The notes below the pieces were generated by a model, which was given only the letters and a program-made list of their open reading frames with translations, was not told where the DNA came from and did not search any database. Position numbers and translations under genes: made by a program. A stretch of 64,000 bases of DNA, taken from NCBI GenBank assembly GCA_043228905.1, contig JBHGNT010000015.1, forward strand, positions 4,216,001-4,280,000, given 5' to 3'. This document shows positions 42,792-53,400 of this stretch, in pieces (the stretch's first letter is position 1; the number at the start of each line of letters is the position of its first letter). The DNA is from Azolla caroliniana (taxonomy: Eukaryota > Plantae > Polypodiophyta).

Positions 42792-43214
42792 TGTCAGGAA
42801 TAGTACTAAAGCAGAGATGGAATTAGTACTAAGAAGAGTAGTACTATTAGTACTAAGAAGAGTAGTACTATTAGTACTAAGAAGAGTAGTACTATTAGTA
42901 CTAAGAGGACGGGACTGCGTAAGATTTCCGAGAGAGGAAGTGAGAAGAGGAGAGAGAGAAAGATGATGACAACAACTAATATATTATGTGAAAAAGGAGT
43001 AACCCTGAAACTTCTAGAATGTTCCAGAGAAATCTGGAATATACATTACTTTCTTATAATAAAATATAAATGAAAATAATATCCTATGAATTACAATAGA
43101 TGGTGTGATGGTTAAGCGCTCGACCCATATACCACAAGGTCATGGGTTCGAATCTTTCCATATCATGACATTATCTCCTCCTTAAAGACAACGAGTGGAA
43201 CGAGTCGACGCTGA

Positions 43215-46200
43215 CTACGGACCGGGTTTGTCCGGATACTTTCGGTGAAAATCAGCAAGCAAATCTTGAGCATTGGCAACATGCTCGACGGGTTCCCAAG
43301 TGCGTTCGCTCGGACTATAACCAACCCAATCGACCAAATAATAAAGTTTGTTGCGAATAAGTTTGGAATCGAGGATGGCTGCAACTTCATACTCCGGGCT
43401 GGCGTCCAACTCTAGCGGGGGCGGCGGTGGTGTAACACGATCAGGAATGGTGTTTGATTTATAAGGTTCAAGAAGAGAACAATGGAAAACCGGATGTATC
43501 TGAAGCTGCGGAGGGAGATCAAGGCGGAATGTGACATCATTAACTTTACCCGTAATACAGAAAGGACCGAGTCGTCGATAATCCAACTTGTCGCACGGTT
43601 GAGTAGTCTTGATGAGACGACGTAAGAGCCATACTCGATCTCCGATGGCAAAAGAGGAGGGAAGTCGATGACGATCCGCGTAAGTCTTCTGTGTCTGTTG
43701 AGCATGACGAAGATGAGTCGAGAGATCTGTCTGGATCTTGCGTAGTCTCTCCAAATGATCCCCGACACGAGGATTGGTAGGTAGCTCAGGGGTGTCGATC
43801 ACCAACCAGCGAGGATGAGAACCGGTATAAGCGTAGAATGGGGAGACTCGAGTCGAGGAGTGAACAACATTATTATACGCAAACTCCGCAAAGTGGAGAA
43901 TCTCGGCCCAATCGTCCTGTTGATAACTCAGGAAACACCAGAGATATTGCTCCAGCGTTTGGTTTGTTCGTTCTGCCTGCCCATCGGTCTGAGGATGGTA
44001 GCCGGAGGAGAGGTTGCAAGAGACCTTGAGCATCTTGAAGAGATGCTGCCAAAATTTGGAGACAAATTGCGGTCCTCGGTCACTGATGATACTGTCTGGG
44101 AGGCCATGATGCCGAAATACCTCACGCATGACTAGGGCGGCGGTTTCCTCGCTAGTGATGGCCTTAGTACACGGAACAAAATGTGCCATCTTCGTATATC
44201 GATCGACAATGGTTAAGATAGCATCGAACCCCTGCGAGACCGGCAGATCTGTGATAAAATCAAGACAAATAGACTGCCATGGCTTACTTGGAATCGGTAA
44301 GGGTTCCAACAAGCCATATGGATGGTGTCGTGGCATCTTTGCTCGGCAGCAAGCATCACAGGTCCGAACGTAGTCGTTGACAAAATGGCGCATGTGTTGG
44401 GAAACAGGTCCCTCCGGATGGGAAGGGAGAAGATCAGTGCCAATGAACAAACTCGGCCGAGGCCGAAACCGTATGAGGTGGACCCGGCCACGGAGAGCCG
44501 GATGATGTAGACCCGGTGAAGATCGGATGAGGAGTACCCGGCTACGGAGAGCCGGATGGTACAGACCCGGTATGAACCGGATGAGGAGTACCCGGCCACG
44601 GAGAGCCGGATGATGCAGACCCGGTGAAGACCGGATGAGGAGTACCCGGCTACGGAGAACCGGATGAAGAGACATATTCGTAAATATGTTTTTTGATAGT
44701 CCATCGAGGCTATATTTGTAAATAGCCGAAAAGTCATATTAGTATAAATATGACTTAGGGCAAACTTTTAGTAACTGTTGTTACTGTTGTTGTAGTTGTT
44801 GTCATTCTGGTTGGTGCAAGAATAGAGAGTGTGCGTAACTGTACAGAGAGAGAGAGAGAGAGAAAGAGGTCGTTGCCTCTGTTGTAACCGCCGCCTGTGG
44901 CGAAGATCTGTGAGCACGAGGTCGGTGCCTCAGTGAACTCACTGTTGTACATTTTTTACATAGTGACAGTTTGCAGCATGTGGGCTGCCGTGGTTTTTTC
45001 CCTAGTTTGGGGTTTTCCACGTAAACCTCCTGTGTATCCTCTCCTTCTTTGTGTCGCGTTTTATTTCCCGTTTTCTGTGTATCATTCTAAGCTTGGTTGT
45101 GGCCGAGTGTTACGCATAAGAAACATTGGGTTCCCGTCAGCATGTGGGGCCACCAAAAAGATTGCTGCACTAGCTCCAACGTCTTAGTACTACCGAAATG
45201 TCCCGCCGTATGGGTGTCGTGACAATGCTGGACGATTTGAAGGCGACAGGAGCAATCGGGGACATATACGCGCTTTTTAAAGAATAACAAACCATCATGA
45301 TATTCGAATTGTTGGTAGTCAATACCTGGTTGTTGAGACTGAGAACAGGATGCCCGAGAAGTATCAATGTGCGCCAAGATGTCTTGAGCAAAACTATCCG
45401 TCTTCAAGTTTGCACGTATGTCATCGGTAATCCGTGAATCCATCGGGGTGTGAAAAATCCGCGTCATGTGCAATCGTGTTGGTCCCAAGATTACTTGCTT
45501 TTGATTATCAAATGTTGGATCACCAGGACGAGGTGCAAGATATGAACGCCGTGATAGTGCATCTGCTTTTCCTTGCTGCTTCCCCGGTCGATATGTGATT
45601 TTGAAGTCGAAACGCGTGAGGAATTGCGCCCACCGAGCTTGCCGTCGATTTAGTACGCGAGCGTTCTGGAAATAAGCAAGATTTTTATGATCACTAAAGA
45701 CAACGACCTGATGTGGAGAGCCCTCTAAGAAATGCCGCCATTGCACAAATGAATCTACGATGGCTAATAACTCGTCATGTATTTCGTAGTTGATTTCCGC
45801 AACATCGAATTTGCGCGAATGGAAAGCCACCGGATGCAACTCTTCTTTATCTCCTTGTTGAGAAAGGATGCTAACGAGGGCGAAATTTGTAGCATCGGCC
45901 TCCATGATGAATGGTTTGCTAGTACCCACATGAGCTAGAATCAGTGCTGATGTAAAGGCTTTCTTAAGATGCCGAAAAGCCATATCTGCTTCAATGGACC
46001 AAAGAAATGCTTGGCCCTTCTTCGTAAGTTGTGTGAGGGGTAGGATAATCTTCGAGTAATCCTGTATAAACTTACGGTAGAAGTTAGCAAAACCTAGAAA
46101 ACATTGTACATCTCATACCGACCGTGGAATTTGCCACTCTAGTACAGTTTGGACTTTAGCTGGATCCATGGCGATGCCCTTTGAGGAGATGACGTAGCCT

Positions 46201-46513
46201 AGAAATTCCACTTGCTTGCAGTCAAAGCTACATTTTTCTAGCTTGGCATAAAGACCATTCTCGCGGAGTCGCTTTAGTACTAATAGTACATGAGAATCGT
46301 GCTCTTGCTGGGTCTTCGAATAAATCAATAGATCATCAAGATAGATGATCAAACAGATATCCAAGAGGTCTCTGAATATATCATTTGCCATGTGTTGGAA
46401 GACTGCGGGTGCATTGGTTAGGCCGAACGGCATAACAGTATACTCAAAAAGCCCATACAGCGTGCGAAAGGCGGTCTTCCATTCATCTCCCGGTCGGATC
46501 CGCATGAGGTTAT
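43215..46513 (-). pseudogene. Chromovirus pol 3' part (RT-RH-INT-chromodomain), split by a solo LTR
   Basis: IYLDDLLIYS, EADATNFAL, ICLDFITDLP, LGPF, EYEVAAILDS...LVDWVGY...TWEP. Confidence 0.9.
44395..45139 (+). mobile_element. Solo LTR (Copia-like), 745 bp, with ~60-bp internal tandem repeats
   Basis: TGTTGGGAA...TTCCCGTCA termini; TSD GCATG at 44390-44394 and 45140-45144; host reading FWWPHM|RHFVNDY rejoins; TATAAATA near 44743; GTGGTTTTTTCCC...GGTTTTCCACGT motif. Confidence 0.85.
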
Positions 46514-46891
46514 TGTTGTATGTATGGCTGGACTAGCCGCAACACAGGTGTCTATCCGACACTTCTCCAAAGGGGTGGTAGAGATAGGATGTTAATACAC
46601 GCGTATGATAATTACACTTAAGGACAGACGAAGATAAGATCAATAAGCATAAGCAAGACTATATTAATTCTTCGTTACTTCATTACAAAACATCGGATCC
46701 TTTTATAGGCATCCGGCCAGATTACAATCGGTGCTCTTAGGCAACCGTTAACCGAAACCGAATCGGTTCGGATCCGGATCGGTTACAACTACCGGATCCG
46801 TCCCTCCTAATAATTCTATTTATCTATTTATCCGCTTCGACTCCGATTCATCTTTGCTTTCCCATTTGCCTTCTTCTGACCGGCCAACACA

Positions 46892-46936
46892 TGGCACGCC
46901 CGTGGGAAAGTGCGTTGCACTTCGAACCCACAATCG
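46892..46936 (+). promoter_or_regulatory. Inverted tRNA-Arg-type primer-binding site occupying the PPT position of element B
   Basis: TGGCACGCCCGTGGGA, then hairpin AAGTGC-GTT-GCACTT, then (T)CGAACCCACAATCG. Confidence 0.78.
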
Positions 46937-46939
46937 GCT

Positions 46940-49870
46940 TCAGTCTTCCTCCAAAATATCCAGCAAACTCCGCTCAGAGGTTTCAAGTGTTGTCTTGCCT
47001 GTGCCGTCTCCGACTTCCGATTGGATTGGCTGCCTTTTCGCATCTTGCTGCTCCGACTCTGCTTGTACCGGTGGTACCGGTGTTTCTTCTGTATCCTGTC
47101 CGGGTCTGTCCTGCTCTACCTCCGTTCCGTTCCCGGTATCACTCTCTCCGGTTTCCACTGGTTGTGTCCTTTCCTCCCCGGATTCGGTACTTCCCTGTCT
47201 CCACTCTGCATCATCCCCGGCGTCAACCTGTTCTTGCTCCGGAAGTTCTTCCTCGGGTAATTCTTGTCGGGGTGCGTTGTCGGTTGGGTCCTCTTCAGCC
47301 GGTCGCTCGCCCTCACTGATGGAGATCGGCGTTGTGTGTCCCTCGGCTTCCTGTCGCAGTCGGTCCTTCTCGTAACCTTCCAATTCTAGTTGGGTTTCGA
47401 GCTGCCTGTCATCCAACCTCTCTACTAACCCTCGGATTTCCTTGAGATGCTCTTCTGCTAGAGCATAGAAATCCTCCGACAGTTCTTCCCGGATGTTGAC
47501 GATACTTTCTTCGTCCATTTTATAGAACCCATCTCCGGTTTTCTTCCGATTTTCTGCATCAGCTCGGAGTGTCTGCAGTTCAGCTGCCTGTTGTGCCCAT
47601 TCCCTCCAGAGCTTCTCCGTGCTTTCATTTATGCTGGCCCGAGCTCGGGTACTCCAACTTGACATGATGAACTTAATTCGGCCAACCCCTGCTTTAGCCT
47701 GTTCCGAAGCTGCTTGTTTTTCCTTCCTTATCCGTTTGATGATGTCGGCCATTAACTGAGCTTGAGCTTCATAGTCGGCTTTTTGCTTGTCACAGGTACT
47801 CCGCCATTTGTTAATTTCGAAAGTCGACTTCACTTTTTCCTCGTTCCTGCTCTTTGTCAGCTCCCCTACTTCCTGCCGAAGTACTTCCATCTCCTTTCTT
47901 TGTTCCGACGTCAAGGTCTTCTCCGCCGATACTTCCTCCCTTGCTTTGGACAATTCCAAGCGGTGTTCCTTGAGCTGCTCTTTCAGCTTCTCTATCTGTC
48001 GGTCGTACGTTGCTGCCTGATTCTTGATGTCCGACGTGGCCTGTTTATAATCCTTACATAGTCGGTCGAATTCCTCCGTCTTCTGTTTTAGGCGTCGGTT
48101 CGCCTGATCTCGCAACCGATCATCCCGGTCCTTTTGTTGTCGGAGTTCCTCTCGCAACCGCTCGATTTCCTGCTCCATTCGTCGGCGCAACCTATCTTTT
48201 TCCTTTTGCAGCTTCCCGTTTTCTTCTTGTAGTCGGTCATTGGTGGCTTTGCTTCGGCGAAGGCCTTCCTCCATTCGCCGTCTGTCGTCTTCTACCAACT
48301 TCCGCTGTTCCCTTTCGTTATCTCTCAATGCCTCCTGAGCCTGTAATTCTTCTTTCAAAGTTGCTATTAACTTCTCGGTCTCAGGGCCGGTTTGCAAGGC
48401 CTTCTCCGTTTCTGGTTCGGCTTGCTTTTCTGATGTCCCGACCGGCTCGGTGCCATCTTGTGCTTGTCGGCTGCCTTCTTTTGCCTGTGCTAGCTCTTCT
48501 TGCAGCTCATGTAATTGTGCCCGGAGCATGACCATATCCTTAGTCGTCGTCCTAGTCACTTGTTCCCTTTGCTCCTCCTCTTTCTCCATCTGGTCTGCCA
48601 CTCCCGACAACTGCCCTGACAACCACCTTAGCCATTGTGCCTTTGTTCTGCCTTCGTCGGTGTGAGCAGGCGTACCTAGCTCCGGCTGTTTCTCCGGCCT
48701 CTTCTCTTGCTCCGGCGCTTGTTCCTTTCTTTGTTCTTCGAACTCCGCCGCCGTCGGTTCCGGTACTGCCGTCTTTGGTGCAGACGGACCTTCATCCTGT
48801 GTCGCTTCTGTTCCGGTTACTGGAGGCGGTTCTTTCGCCCGTTGCTGAGTTCCGTCCGCTGTTGGGGTCGGTCTTGTCGCCCGTTTCTCCTTTCCTCGCC
48901 TGGGTGGTAGTATTAACATCGGTTCGGATGAGTCTTCCTCTGTTTCAGCGTCCTCCGTCGGTGCGACTATCGGTTCCTTTACTGGTACCGGTTCCGATTC
49001 GAGCGTTACTGGTTCGGTGTCGGTTTGCCTCTTGCTGGTCTTCTTCGCCAGCTTCTCCTTGCCTTTTTCCGCCTTTTTCTTCTTCGTGGCCGGTTGCTGT
49101 TGCTGTTTCTTTGGCTGCCGTGATGGGCCTTCCTCCCGTTGCTGTCGGGAGGAGTCTTCTTCCCGCGGTTGTCGAGATGATCCTTCTTCCCGCGGTTGTC
49201 GGGATGATCCTTCTTCCCGTGGTTGTCGGGATGATCCTTCTTCCCGTGGCGCTTCTTCTTCCTGTGTCCATCCTGGAGTGTGTTTCTCTAGGATTCGTCG
49301 GTGCTTCATGGTTTGCTTCGGCGTAGTCTCCTGCCGACTTCTTTTCTTGTGCTTGATGGGGGACGCCGGTGGGACCAACACGGTTAACCATTGGGATATT
49401 CCGGCCCATGGCTTCTTCCCTTCCACCAAGTGCTTGATCGCCTCTTTCAGTCCTTCGGTAATGAAGTGGAGCCAGTCCACCTGCAGGCCTTCGAATGTCG
49501 CGATGACGATCGCTGCTCGGTATTTGGCTATGGCTGGCGGACGAGGGTTCACGAACCCATACTCCATCAGGGCGCGGGCCACCTCTCCGAACAACAGGTT
49601 CTCTCCGCCCTGTGTGCGATACGCCTTGCTGCTGAGGGAATATTCGCCGAAATACTCGAAGAATATTTGGCTCGAGGGTAGCTCTATTGTCTGAAGTCCG
49701 CCCTCCGCAATCCCGGTGAGCGCTTGTACCGCTCCTTCGGTGACTTTTGCCAGGTCCACTGCTGTTGCCGCCTGCTCTGGTTCCTTGTGTGGCGGAGCGT
49801 CGGCGACCCGCAGCAGCCCTCCTAATCCGTTCTCCATCAGCCATTGTCGCGCTCCTTCCGACAGTGCCAT
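46940..49870 (-). CDS. Extra 3' ORF of element B: ~976-aa protein with globular N-terminus, REEGSSRQP repeats, long coiled coil and acidic tail
   Basis: Open frame 46940-50128; ATG at 49870 chosen because homology to element A starts there (MALSEGARQWL / LSEAARKWL); no transmembrane segment evident. Confidence 0.85.
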   Translation of the reverse strand: MALSEGARQWLMENGLGGLLRVADAPPHKEPEQAATAVDLAKVTEGAVQALTGIAEGGLQTIELPSSQIFFEYFGEYSLSSKAYRTQGGENLLFGEVARALMEYGFVNPRPPAIAKYRAAIVIATFEGLQVDWLHFITEGLKEAIKHLVEGKKPWAGISQWLTVLVPPASPIKHKKRSRQETTPKQTMKHRRILEKHTPGWTQEEEAPREEGSSRQPREEGSSRQPREEGSSRQPREEDSSRQQREEGPSRQPKKQQQQPATKKKKAEKGKEKLAKKTSKRQTDTEPVTLESEPVPVKEPIVAPTEDAETEEDSSEPMLILPPRRGKEKRATRPTPTADGTQQRAKEPPPVTGTEATQDEGPSAPKTAVPEPTAAEFEEQRKEQAPEQEKRPEKQPELGTPAHTDEGRTKAQWLRWLSGQLSGVADQMEKEEEQREQVTRTTTKDMVMLRAQLHELQEELAQAKEGSRQAQDGTEPVGTSEKQAEPETEKALQTGPETEKLIATLKEELQAQEALRDNEREQRKLVEDDRRRMEEGLRRSKATNDRLQEENGKLQKEKDRLRRRMEQEIERLREELRQQKDRDDRLRDQANRRLKQKTEEFDRLCKDYKQATSDIKNQAATYDRQIEKLKEQLKEHRLELSKAREEVSAEKTLTSEQRKEMEVLRQEVGELTKSRNEEKVKSTFEINKWRSTCDKQKADYEAQAQLMADIIKRIRKEKQAASEQAKAGVGRIKFIMSSWSTRARASINESTEKLWREWAQQAAELQTLRADAENRKKTGDGFYKMDEESIVNIREELSEDFYALAEEHLKEIRGLVERLDDRQLETQLELEGYEKDRLRQEAEGHTTPISISEGERPAEEDPTDNAPRQELPEEELPEQEQVDAGDDAEWRQGSTESGEERTQPVETGESDTGNGTEVEQDRPGQDTEETPVPPVQAESEQQDAKRQPIQSEVGDGTGKTTLETSERSLLDILEED

Positions 49871-50456
49871 CGCTTCTTCTTCCTCTGCTGCTGCCTGTGG
49901 TCTGAGGTCGGGGTGTGGGTGTTCTGCGCGTCGGATCTCGCTGTCTTGAGCCTGCGTTTGCTTGTGGGAAAATTCGTAAAAAGTGAACCCTTCTCCGGTT
50001 TTTCCTTTATATAGTGGCGTTTCCCTCGAGCCGCCTTTTCCTGTTTTTCGCGCGTGCGTATCTTCTGCCATAATTAGCATGTCACTCTTTAATTTTGGCG
50101 CCTGCACGTCCTCTGCCTCGAATAGCATGTCCTATTTTTGGCGCCTGCGCATGCTCTGTCATGAATAGCATGTCTGTCCTTTGCTGCCGCGTGTCATGCT
50201 TGCGCTTCTTTGCCGCGTGTGTCGAATCTCCTACGTGTTTGTCATTATGACTCCTTGATTGCCGCGCGTGTTAAATCTTGTACATCGGCCCCCCACGTTC
50301 TGTGCTTTAAATAGCTCGTGCACCCGTGTGACGGTTGTAACTACTTCCTTCATCATTACCTTGATTTTCTTGATCCTCTCTTTTATTGCTTTTCTTAATT
50401 ATGATTTGCTTTTATTATTTGACTTGATTTTTTTTTTTTTTCACCCATGTGCCGCA

Positions 50457-53400
50457 TCATTGTTCGGTTCCCCCCGATGTGTTCGGGTCGGTGCGTACTG
50501 TTGTCGGTTCCTCGTTGTTCCGTCTCGGGGTCGGCTCCTCGGTCCTCCGGATCTGTGTCGGTTCCTCGCCATTCAGGATGTCCGGGTCTTGCTTGAAAGG
50601 GTTAGCTGGCATGTGCCCCTTATACGGTTTTAGGCGAAACCCATTTGCCCATTTGCCCACAACTTCTCCTGACAACGTCCCGAGCTGGTAAGACCCATTG
50701 TACTCCTTTGTGATCCAGAATGGTCCGGTCCATCGAAATCGCAATTTCCCCGGCATGTTCCCCATCCGTGTCTGGAACAGCAATACTGGTTTCCCGACTT
50801 CGAATTCCTTTTCGTTACCCTGTCGGTGTCGGTCTACGAAGGCTTTCCTCCTCCTTTGCTCTAGTTCTAGCTGTAGTAGGCTGGCTATTCGATTTTCTTC
50901 CAGTTCCAACAGCATCGCCAGCCGGATTCGTTCGGATTCCTTCTCGCTTAACCGCTCCTTAACCTGTATTCTTAAGCTAGGAATTTGGAATTCTACTGGC
51001 ATGACTGCTTCCAAGCCGAATGCCAGTCGGAACGGGGTCGTCCGGATGCTAGTCTTGTACGCCGTTCGGTACGCCCACAGCACGCTCTGCAACTTCGTGT
51101 CCCAGTCGGTCCGGTTCTCATTGACGATTTTTCTAAGGATGTTCTGTAGCGTTTTGTTCGTTGATTCCGCTAATCCGTTGGCTTGAGGGTAGTAGGGAGT
51201 GCTTCGTTTGTGTACTACCGCATAGAATGATGTCAAACTTTCCACCACCTGCCCGAGGAAATGTCCTCCCTGGTCACTGATCAGCTCAATCGGGCATCCG
51301 TACCGACACCATATGCATTCGTATAAAAATTTGGCCGTGGACGCCGCCGTGTTGTCCCGTAATGCCTTTGCTTCTACCCATTTCGTGCAGTAGTCGGTAG
51401 CCACTATTATATACCGATTTCCGGTCCGCATTGCCGGTGGCTTGAAGGGACCGACAAAGTCCAAGCCCCACTTTTGGAATGGTTCTAATGGCAAGACCGG
51501 GTGATGTGGCATCCGGGCCTGCTCCGTGGGTTGGCCCAGTCGTTGACACAGGTCGCATTCCCTGCTATACTTAACGGCATCTCTCATGGTAGTCGGCCAC
51601 CATAGTCCGCTCTGCCATATCTTCCGGGCTGTTGTTTCGCCGGCATAATGCCCGCCTGCAATTCCACAGTGGGCTTCCCTCAGGATCAGATCCTTTTCAT
51701 CGCTCCGCACTGCTCGCCTCCATACGCCATCTGCCCCCTTGTGATAGAGGGTGTCTCCTACCAAGCAGAAATGTCTGCTCCGTACTGCCATCCTTTTCCG
51801 TTCGTCTCGGTCCAGGTTTTCCGGGGGAACTCCGGTGCTCAGGAACTGATGCATTTCGGTTAACCATTTGTCTTCGTCCGCTACTGTGGCCTCCGTTGCC
51901 GGTGCCGTCGTGACCCTAAACAGCTCAGCGTCGGGAAATTCGTCCTGTACGCCGTCCCCTGATTCTCCGGATTCTAGTCTGCTCAGGTAGTCTGCTACCG
52001 CATGCTGCACCCCGGGTCGGTGGAAAATGTCGAATTCGAATTCCTGTAATAGCAGCGTCCATCGTGCGAGTTTTCCTGTCAGGGCTGCCTTTGAGACCAG
52101 GTAGAGTAGTGCCGAGTGGTCAACGTGGAAGGAGAACTTTCGTCCGAGCAGATAGTGCCTGTACTTTGTGACACTGTACACCATTCCTAATGCCTCTCGT
52201 TCCGTTGTAGAGTAGTTCCGTTCGGCTTTCGAGAGTTTCCTGCTTGCGTAGTACACCGGCCGATACCATTTCGGTTCCGTGAGTTGCATCAAAACGCTGC
52301 CGATTGCTACGTCCGACGCGTCGACGAAGACGTGAAAGCTTTTACTCCAGTCCGGTGGCTGCACCACCGGAGCTTGTGACAGCATGACCTTCAACGCTTG
52401 GTAGGCTTTCTCCTCCGTTTCTGTCCATTGGAAAGGTACTCTATGTACAGCAGCGTGCAATGGTGTAGCAAAGTCGGCAAGGTGCCGTATCATCCGACTA
52501 TGCCACCTTATTTGACCAAGGAATCGGCTTAAAGCCTTCGCGTTATTCGGTGCCGGTGCGTCGAGAATTGCCTTTACTTTATCCGGATCTACCGCGATTC
52601 CTTCCCGACTCACCACGTGCCCTAACAAGTTGCCGCTTGCGACTCCAAAGACGCACTTAGCCGGGTTCAGACTTAATCGGTACTCGCGGCACTTTTCTAA
52701 GCATAGTCGTAGGTGGTCGAGATGCTCTCCGTGTCGGCTGTAGACGGCGAAATCGTCTAGGAAGACCTGCATAAAACCGGGAATAAAATCCCCGAAGATT
52801 TCCATAATTATCCTTTGAAATGTTGCAGGGGCTGTCTTTAATCCGAACATCATCACGACCGCGACGAACACTCCCCATTCCGTCACGAACGCTGTTTTCT
52901 CTTGGTCGGCCGGGTTCATTCGGATTTGGTTGTAGCCGCTGAATCCATCCAGGAAGCTGTAAACTTCGTGGCCGGCCACCGCATCTAGCACTCCGTCCGT
53001 GAATGGTAGTGGAAAAGCGTCGGTCACTGTCGCAGCATTTAGTTTCCTGTAGTCCACACATACCCGGATTTTGCCGTTCTTTTTCGGGACCACCACTATC
53101 GGGCTCAGCCAGGTTGCCTGCTTGACTGGTCGGATAAATCCGACCCGGAGAAGCTTGTCAATTTCCTCCTTCACCTTTGCCGCATAGTTTGGATTCATCC
53201 GGTACCGGCGTTGAGTGATGGGTTTCGCGTTAGTACTTAGATGAATTTGGTGCTGGTAGAGCTGGGGGTCCAGCCCTCGCATGTCTTCGTATGACCATGC
53301 GAACACGTCCTTGAAATCCGTTAATAGTGCTACCATTGCCTGTTTTTCCTCCTTCGGCAATTCCTTCGCGACTTTTACCGGTCGGGGTTGTTCTGTTGTG

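Noticed and set aside
42822-42906. CRISPR-like repeats (24-bp units; also the 60-bp units at 44460-44670)
   Set aside because: Head-to-tail repeats without unique spacers, inside eukaryotic LTRs; no cas genes
43099-43160. Functional tRNA gene
   Set aside because: A/B boxes are present but there is no acceptor or clear anticodon stem; it is part of an LTR
43215-44675. 486-aa ORF with a novel repeat N-terminus fused to integrase
   Set aside because: Chance fusion of the solo-LTR antisense repeats to the interrupted integrase
46940-50128. Envelope glycoprotein
   Set aside because: No signal peptide or transmembrane helix; highly charged coiled coil
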